Shown in pieces: positions 59,141-64,000 of a stretch of DNA of 64,000 nucleotides. The notes under the pieces are model-generated. The model had not been told where the DNA came from. It searched no databases and was given only the letters and a program-made list of their open reading frames with translations. How positions within the stretch are numbered: position 1 is the stretch's first letter; every line of letters begins with the position of its first letter. The stretch lies in NCBI GenBank assembly GCA_938010045.1, contig CALLFZ010000036.1, forward strand, positions 38,801 to 102,800. Reading direction: 5' to 3'. Source of the stretch: an uncultured bacterium (GTDB lineage: Bacteria; Verrucomicrobiota; Kiritimatiellia; PWTM01). The position numbers and the translations under genes are program-made.

Positions 59141-62100
59141 TTGTATCTGAAACGGCTGGAATTGGCGGGCTTCAAAAGTTTCGCCGATCGCACCACGTTA
59201 GAATTCGAGCCCGGAATCATCGCGATCGTGGGCCCGAACGGCTGCGGCAAAAGCAACATTTCGGATGCGATCCGCTGGGTGCTCGGCGAGCAGAGCGCGA
59301 AAGCTCTGCGCGGCGCCGGCATGACCGATTTCATCTTCGCCGGCACCGAAACCCGCAAGCCGTTGGGCATGGCAGAGGTGAGCCTGACACTCTGCGGCTG
59401 CGAGCAGGCACTGGGCACCGACTACCACGAGGTGACCATCACCCGCCGCGTGTACCGGTCGGGCGAAGGCGAGTACCTGCTGAACAAGACACCGTGCCGT
59501 CTGAAGGACATCCAGCGGCTCTTCCTGGACACCGGCATCGGCACGAACTCCTATTCGCTAATGGAACAGGGGCGGATCGACCTCATCCTCAGTTCCCGCC
59601 CCGAGGACCGCCGCGAGGTGTTCGAGGAAGCCAGCGGCATCAGCCGGTTCAAGGCCGACCGTCGCGAGGCCATGCGCAAACTCGAACAGACCGAGGCGAA
59701 CTTGCAACGTCTCGGCGACATCCTGCGCGAGGTGCGCAGCCGGATCATTTCGCTACAGCGGCAGGCGGGCAAGGCCCGGCGTTACCAGGCGCTGCAGCAG
59801 GAAGTGCGCGCCTGGGAGTTGTATCTGGCCCGACGCCGGCTCGAAACGCTCGACCGCGACCTTCACGCGGCCGAGACGCGTCGCGCCGCGATGCTCGAAC
59901 GCGAAGGCGCGATCGCGGCGGCGCTCGCGGAGGCGGAGCGACGGCTTGAGGAAGGCCGCGCGCGGCTCGACGAGACCGACCGCGCCGCCGAAGCGGCCCG
60001 GGAACTCGCCGCGCAGGCGCGAGCCGAGCGGCACCGCGCTGCCGACGCCCTCGCCCACCACGAGCAGCGCGCCGCCGAATACCGCCGGCTCATCGAGGTG
60101 CACCAGCGCGAGATCGAGGAGGCGCGCGCGCGAGCCGCGGAGCTGGCGGCGACGGCAGAGCAGACCGCCGCTGAAATCTCAACCCTCGAACAACGGCGCG
60201 CAGCCGCCGAACAGGCCCTCGCCGCCAGCTCGGCGCAGCTGCGCGAGTGCGAACAGGAGTTTGAACGCGCGTCGAACGAGCTTCACCGGCTCCGCGAGGA
60301 ACTGGTGGAGCTCGATCACGCGCTCGCCCAGGCCTCCAACGAACTCGGTACGCTCGACGCCCGCGAAAAGGAGACCGCCCTGCGCCGCGAGCGGCGGCGC
60401 GTCGAGCTGGCGCAGCTCCGTCAGGCGCTCGCCGCCGCTGAGCAGCTCCGCACCGATTGGAGCGCGCGCGCCGAGGCGCAGCGCGAACAGGTCCGCGCCG
60501 CTGAAACCCGTCACGCGGACCTTGGTGAGCGCCGCCGTGAGCTCGAGGAACGCGCCGCCGGCCTGCGCCGCGAGTCCGACGCCCTCCGCCTTCGCGCCGC
60601 CGAACTCACCGCGCAATTGGACGTGCTGCGCCGTCAGCAGGCGCAGCGCGAGACATTCGCGGACGGCGCACGGGCGATCCTCGACGGACAGGTGCCGGCT
60701 GCTCCGGGCGAGATCCTCGGCCCGCTCGCGCAGGCGTTCGACACCGATCCCCTCGACCACCTGGCGCTCGAGGCCGCGCTGCGCGCTTGGGCCGACGCGG
60801 TGATCGTCCGCTCGCCCACCGCGGCGCGCGCGCTGTTGAAGGCGCTCGAGGAACGCGGCGCGGCTGCCGCCCGGTTGATCGCACTGCTGCCGCCGGAGGC
60901 GTCGTCCGCGCCCGCCCCCGCCGCGGGGCCCGGCGAGCCGCTGGCCAGACGGGTCCGCTGCGAAGAGCCGTTGCGGCCGCTCGCCGAGCGACTGCTGGCG
61001 AGCGTGTTCGTGGTGGATGAGTTTCCCGAGGGCGTGGAGCCTCCTCCCGGCGCTGTATGGGTGACGCGCGGCGGGCGGCTCGCCGCCGGACGCGGCTGCT
61101 ACGAGTGGCTCGGCGCCGGCGCGCCGTCGAACCCCATCGCGCTCCGGCGTCGCATCGAGGACATCGAGCGCGCGCTGGCCGAGGCCGAGACCGCCCGCCA
61201 GACGCTCGACGCCGAGCGCGAGGCCGCCCAGGCGGCGCTTCGCTCGCTCGAGGTTGAACTCGCTGACGCGCGGCGTGAACTGGACGTGGCGCGCATGGCG
61301 TTGGCGATGATCGAGGGCGAAGGCGCGATCCTCGCGCGGCAGGAACAGGAGAGCCGTCGCCGCGCCGACACCGTCGCGATGGAGCTCGAGGCCATGGCCG
61401 AGGAGGGTGGCATCGCCGCCGCGGAACGCGAACGGCTGCTGGCCAGAATGGCGGAGATCCGCGAGCGCCAGAGCGAGGCTCGGCAGCGCGCGGGCGTGCT
61501 CGGCGAAGAACTGCGCGCGATTGAACTGCGGCGCGCCGAGCTTGGCCGCGCGGACACCGAAGCCCGCATCGCCGCGGCCGATCGCCGGCGCGAATGCGAG
61601 GCCGCCGCGCAGCGACGCCAGGCCATCGGGCAGCGCGCCGCGGAACTCGACGCCCTGATCCGCCAGCGCGAACAGGGGCTGGAATTGTACCAGCGGAGCC
61701 TCGAAGAATCCGTCCGCGCCGCCGCCGCCGCGCGGGATACGCTGCACCCCCTCGAGGAGGAAGAGCGCGCCCACCTGGCCCGCGCCGAGAAACTGCGCGC
61801 AGAGCGGGAGCGCGAGTCCGCGGATCTGCAGAGTGTGGATCACGAACTTCGCCGGCGGCGCGAGGAACTGGAAACGGTCCGCCGCGACCGGTCGGCCGCC
61901 GAGGTCCAAATCGCCGAGTTGCGGCTGCGCCGTCAGACGGTGCTCGAGCGCGCCGCCGCCGACCACCGCGCCTCGCCGGACGATGTCGCGTCCGCACCAC
62001 CGCCGCTCGCCGCCGAGGGCGCGCCGTCGCCCGACGATATCGAGGCGGCCGAGGCCCACGTCGCCGAACTGCGTGCGCGGCTCGACTCAATGGGTCCCGT

Positions 62101-62749
62101 GAACCTTGTCGCGATCGAGGAATATCACGAGCTCGAACAGCGCCACGCCTTCCAATCGGCCCAGCAGGAGGACCTCGTCCGTTCGCGTCAGCAGCTCCTC
62201 GATTTGATCCGACGCATCAACCAGACCTCGACCGAGATGTTCCGCGAGACGTTCGCACGCGTGAACGAGAAGTTCGATGAGATGTTCGCGCGGCTGTTCG
62301 GCGGCGGCACCGCAAAATTGGTGCTGGTGGACGAGGCCGATGTGCTCGAGTCCGGTATCGAGATCATTGCGCGGCCGCCGGGCAAGAAACACCAGTCGGT
62401 CTCGCTGCTCTCCGGTGGCGAACGGGCGCTGACCGCGGTCGCGCTGCTCTTCGCGCTCTATGCGGTCAAACCCAGCCCCTTCTGCGTGCTCGACGAGCTC
62501 GACGCGCCGCTCGACGAGTCGAACATCAGCCGGTTTCTCTCGATTGTGCGGGAGTTCACGCCGCAGTCCCAGTTCATTGTGATCACGCACAACCGGCAAA
62601 CGATCGCCGCGGCAAACCTTCTGTACGGCGTCACCATGCAGGAGCGCGGCGTCTCGAAGCTCGTCTCGGTCAAATTCCGCGAGGGCGACGAGCCCGGGCA
62701 GGTCGCCGACAGCGCCGCCCGCTCCGCCGAGGCGTCTGCGCCGGCGTGA
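59141..62749 (+). CDS. smc: chromosome segregation protein SMC
   Basis: TTG start 13 nt after GGAGGG: (M)YLKRLELAGFKSFADRTTLEFEPGIIAIVGPNGCGKSNISDAIRWVLGEQS. Long coiled coils and hinge. C-terminal LSGGERALTAVALLFALYAVKPSPFCVLDELDAPLDESN. The 5' extension of the track ORF (58184-59140) is antisense to the GT2 gene. Confidence 0.85.
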   Translation: MYLKRLELAGFKSFADRTTLEFEPGIIAIVGPNGCGKSNISDAIRWVLGEQSAKALRGAGMTDFIFAGTETRKPLGMAEVSLTLCGCEQALGTDYHEVTITRRVYRSGEGEYLLNKTPCRLKDIQRLFLDTGIGTNSYSLMEQGRIDLILSSRPEDRREVFEEASGISRFKADRREAMRKLEQTEANLQRLGDILREVRSRIISLQRQAGKARRYQALQQEVRAWELYLARRRLETLDRDLHAAETRRAAMLEREGAIAAALAEAERRLEEGRARLDETDRAAEAARELAAQARAERHRAADALAHHEQRAAEYRRLIEVHQREIEEARARAAELAATAEQTAAEISTLEQRRAAAEQALAASSAQLRECEQEFERASNELHRLREELVELDHALAQASNELGTLDAREKETALRRERRRVELAQLRQALAAAEQLRTDWSARAEAQREQVRAAETRHADLGERRRELEERAAGLRRESDALRLRAAELTAQLDVLRRQQAQRETFADGARAILDGQVPAAPGEILGPLAQAFDTDPLDHLALEAALRAWADAVIVRSPTAARALLKALEERGAAAARLIALLPPEASSAPAPAAGPGEPLARRVRCEEPLRPLAERLLASVFVVDEFPEGVEPPPGAVWVTRGGRLAAGRGCYEWLGAGAPSNPIALRRRIEDIERALAEAETARQTLDAEREAAQAALRSLEVELADARRELDVARMALAMIEGEGAILARQEQESRRRADTVAMELEAMAEEGGIAAAERERLLARMAEIRERQSEARQRAGVLGEELRAIELRRAELGRADTEARIAAADRRRECEAAAQRRQAIGQRAAELDALIRQREQGLELYQRSLEESVRAAAAARDTLHPLEEEERAHLARAEKLRAERERESADLQSVDHELRRRREELETVRRDRSAAEVQIAELRLRRQTVLERAAADHRASPDDVASAPPPLAAEGAPSPDDIEAAEAHVAELRARLDSMGPVNLVAIEEYHELEQRHAFQSAQQEDLVRSRQQLLDLIRRINQTSTEMFRETFARVNEKFDEMFARLFGGGTAKLVLVDEADVLESGIEIIARPPGKKHQSVSLLSGGERALTAVALLFALYAVKPSPFCVLDELDAPLDESNISRFLSIVREFTPQSQFIVITHNRQTIAAANLLYGVTMQERGVSKLVSVKFREGDEPGQVADSAARSAEASAPA

Positions 62750-62787
62750 GCCGCGCCCGCCATCGCGCCGGTTCCTCCCGCTGAACG

Positions 62788-64000
62788 ATGATGGCCGGTC
62801 CCGCACCTTCCGCGATGGCGTGTCGTCGCTGTGGCGCGACGGTCGAGGATGGCGCCACCGTCTTCGTGCTGCGATGCGCGCGCGCGCGCCGCGTGTGGCT
62901 CATGCTGTTCGACGCGCCCGACGCCGAGGACCCCGCAGGCGAGTTCGCGCTGTCGCCCGCGGTGCACCGCCAGGGCGATCTCTGGCAACTGCGGCTGCCC
63001 GGTGTCGGTCACGGCGCGCTCTACGCGTGGCGAATCGAGGCGCCCGACTGGGACATGCGGCGGTGGGTGCTGGATCCGTACGCCTCCGCGATCGCCACCT
63101 CGCGCCGCTGGGGCGACACGCACGGCCTCACGCCCGGCCGCTGGCCCGAGCGCGGGGCCGCATTCCCGAAATGCGTCGTCGTGGACGACTCACGCTACGA
63201 CTGGCGCGGCGACCGGCCACCCCGTACACCGCTGGCCGACACGGTCGTGTACGAGGTCCACCTGCGCTCGTTCACCGCCCACCCCACGGCGCGCGCCGCC
63301 GCGCCCGGCACCTACGCCGCGTTCGCCGAACGAATCCCGTACCTGCGCGATCTCGGTATCACCGCGGTTGAGCTGCTCCCCATCCATGAGTTCGACGAAA
63401 TGGAACTCTGGATCGAACACGGCCCGCGCCGCCACCTCCGGAACCTGTGGGGCTACAGCCCGATCGCGTGGTTCGCGCCGAACTCGCGTTACGCCGCCCG
63501 CCCCGCTCCCGGTGCCGCCGTGGACGAATTTCGCGACCTCGTGCGCGCACTGCACGAGGCGGGCCTCGAGGTGTGGCTCGACGTCGTCTTCAACCACACC
63601 GCTGAAGGCGGTGCCGGCGGGCCGATCTGGTCGTTCAAGGCGCTTGACCGCCATCTCTATTACATCTTCAAACCCGGCACTGACGAGTACGCCGACTTCA
63701 CCGGTTGCGGCAACACCGTCAACGCGAACGAACCGGTCGTGGCAGAGATGATCGTGGACTGTCTGCGCCGCTGGGTCCGCGAATTCCATGTGGACGGCTT
63801 CCGGTTCGACCTCGCCGCCGCCCTCACCCGCGGGCCCGATGGCCGTCCACTCGAGGATCCGCCGCTGCTGGCCCGCATCGCGGCCGAGCCTGACCTGCGC
63901 GAAATCAAGCTCGTCGCGGAACCGTGGGACGTCGGCGGGCTTTACCAAGTCGGAGCGTTTCCCGGCCGCGACTGGCTCGAGTGGAACGGTCGGTTCCGCG
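62788..64000 (+). CDS. glgX: glycogen debranching enzyme (GH13 isoamylase-type), N-terminal ~400 aa; continues past the window end
   Basis: Read directly from the sequence, since there is no in-window stop. MMAGPAPS...PKCVVVDDSRYDWRGDRPPRTPLADTVVYEVHLRSFT, LGITAVELLPIHEF, GYSPIAWFAPNSRYA, DVVFNHTAEG, VDGFRFDLAAAL, EPWDVGGLYQVGAFP are collinear with E. coli GlgX. Confidence 0.85.
   Translation, partial: MMAGPAPSAMACRRCGATVEDGATVFVLRCARARRVWLMLFDAPDAEDPAGEFALSPAVHRQGDLWQLRLPGVGHGALYAWRIEAPDWDMRRWVLDPYASAIATSRRWGDTHGLTPGRWPERGAAFPKCVVVDDSRYDWRGDRPPRTPLADTVVYEVHLRSFTAHPTARAAAPGTYAAFAERIPYLRDLGITAVELLPIHEFDEMELWIEHGPRRHLRNLWGYSPIAWFAPNSRYAARPAPGAAVDEFRDLVRALHEAGLEVWLDVVFNHTAEGGAGGPIWSFKALDRHLYYIFKPGTDEYADFTGCGNTVNANEPVVAEMIVDCLRRWVREFHVDGFRFDLAAALTRGPDGRPLEDPPLLARIAAEPDLREIKLVAEPWDVGGLYQVGAFPGRDWLEWNGRFR

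Overview
High-GC (~68-70%) bacterial chromosomal window. Gene content includes a Tat-exported Gfo/Idh/MocA oxidoreductase next to a DUF1080 protein, PF12831-type FAD oxidoreductases, heparinase II/III-like fragments, LamG-domain proteins, and 1100-2100-aa secreted proteins of unknown function. From this I infer a PVC-group (Verrucomicrobiota/Planctomycetota-like) organism; this is inference only. I support about 40 protein-coding genes, one tRNA-Gln(CTG) and one clear intrinsic terminator. Housekeeping genes recognised from motifs are: gltB (5'-partial, runs off the window start), purF, recN, ldhA, glgP, dnaN, pntAA-pntAB-pntB, ilvC, smc (TTG start), and glgX (3'-partial, runs off the window end). 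Accessory content: (i) a periplasmic glycoside 3-oxidation module, consisting of an outer-membrane porin, a DUF1080 protein, a small HEAT-like protein, a Tat-exported Gfo/Idh/MocA oxidoreductase and an outer-membrane barrel; (ii) an envelope operon of a BON-domain lipoprotein, a TPR protein and a GT2 glycosyltransferase, joined by overlapping stop/start codons; (iii) a heparinase II/III-like pseudogene broken by at least four frameshifts, beside a clan GH-A-like hydrolase; (iv) a 3-dehydroquinate-synthase-like gene next to an alkaline-phosphatase-family gene and a Dpm1-like GT2 (an ebo-like variant?); (v) two tandem small Cys-rich exported peptides, the second with a ribosome-binding site and a terminator; (vi) a 16-nt motif, GaGGTGCCTGTCCCCA, repeated eight or more times in three intergenic islands; (vii) dnaN with no dnaA, instead following a 2124-aa secreted giant protein. 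I recognised no CRISPR array, IS element or transposase, integrase, restriction-modification, toxin-antitoxin or other known defence system. The ORF track omits ORFs that have no stop codon inside the window, so gltB and glgX were found by reading the sequence directly. CDS starts inside ORFs were computed from track coordinates. Positions I counted from the raw text (tRNA, repeats, terminator) may be off by 1-3 nt.
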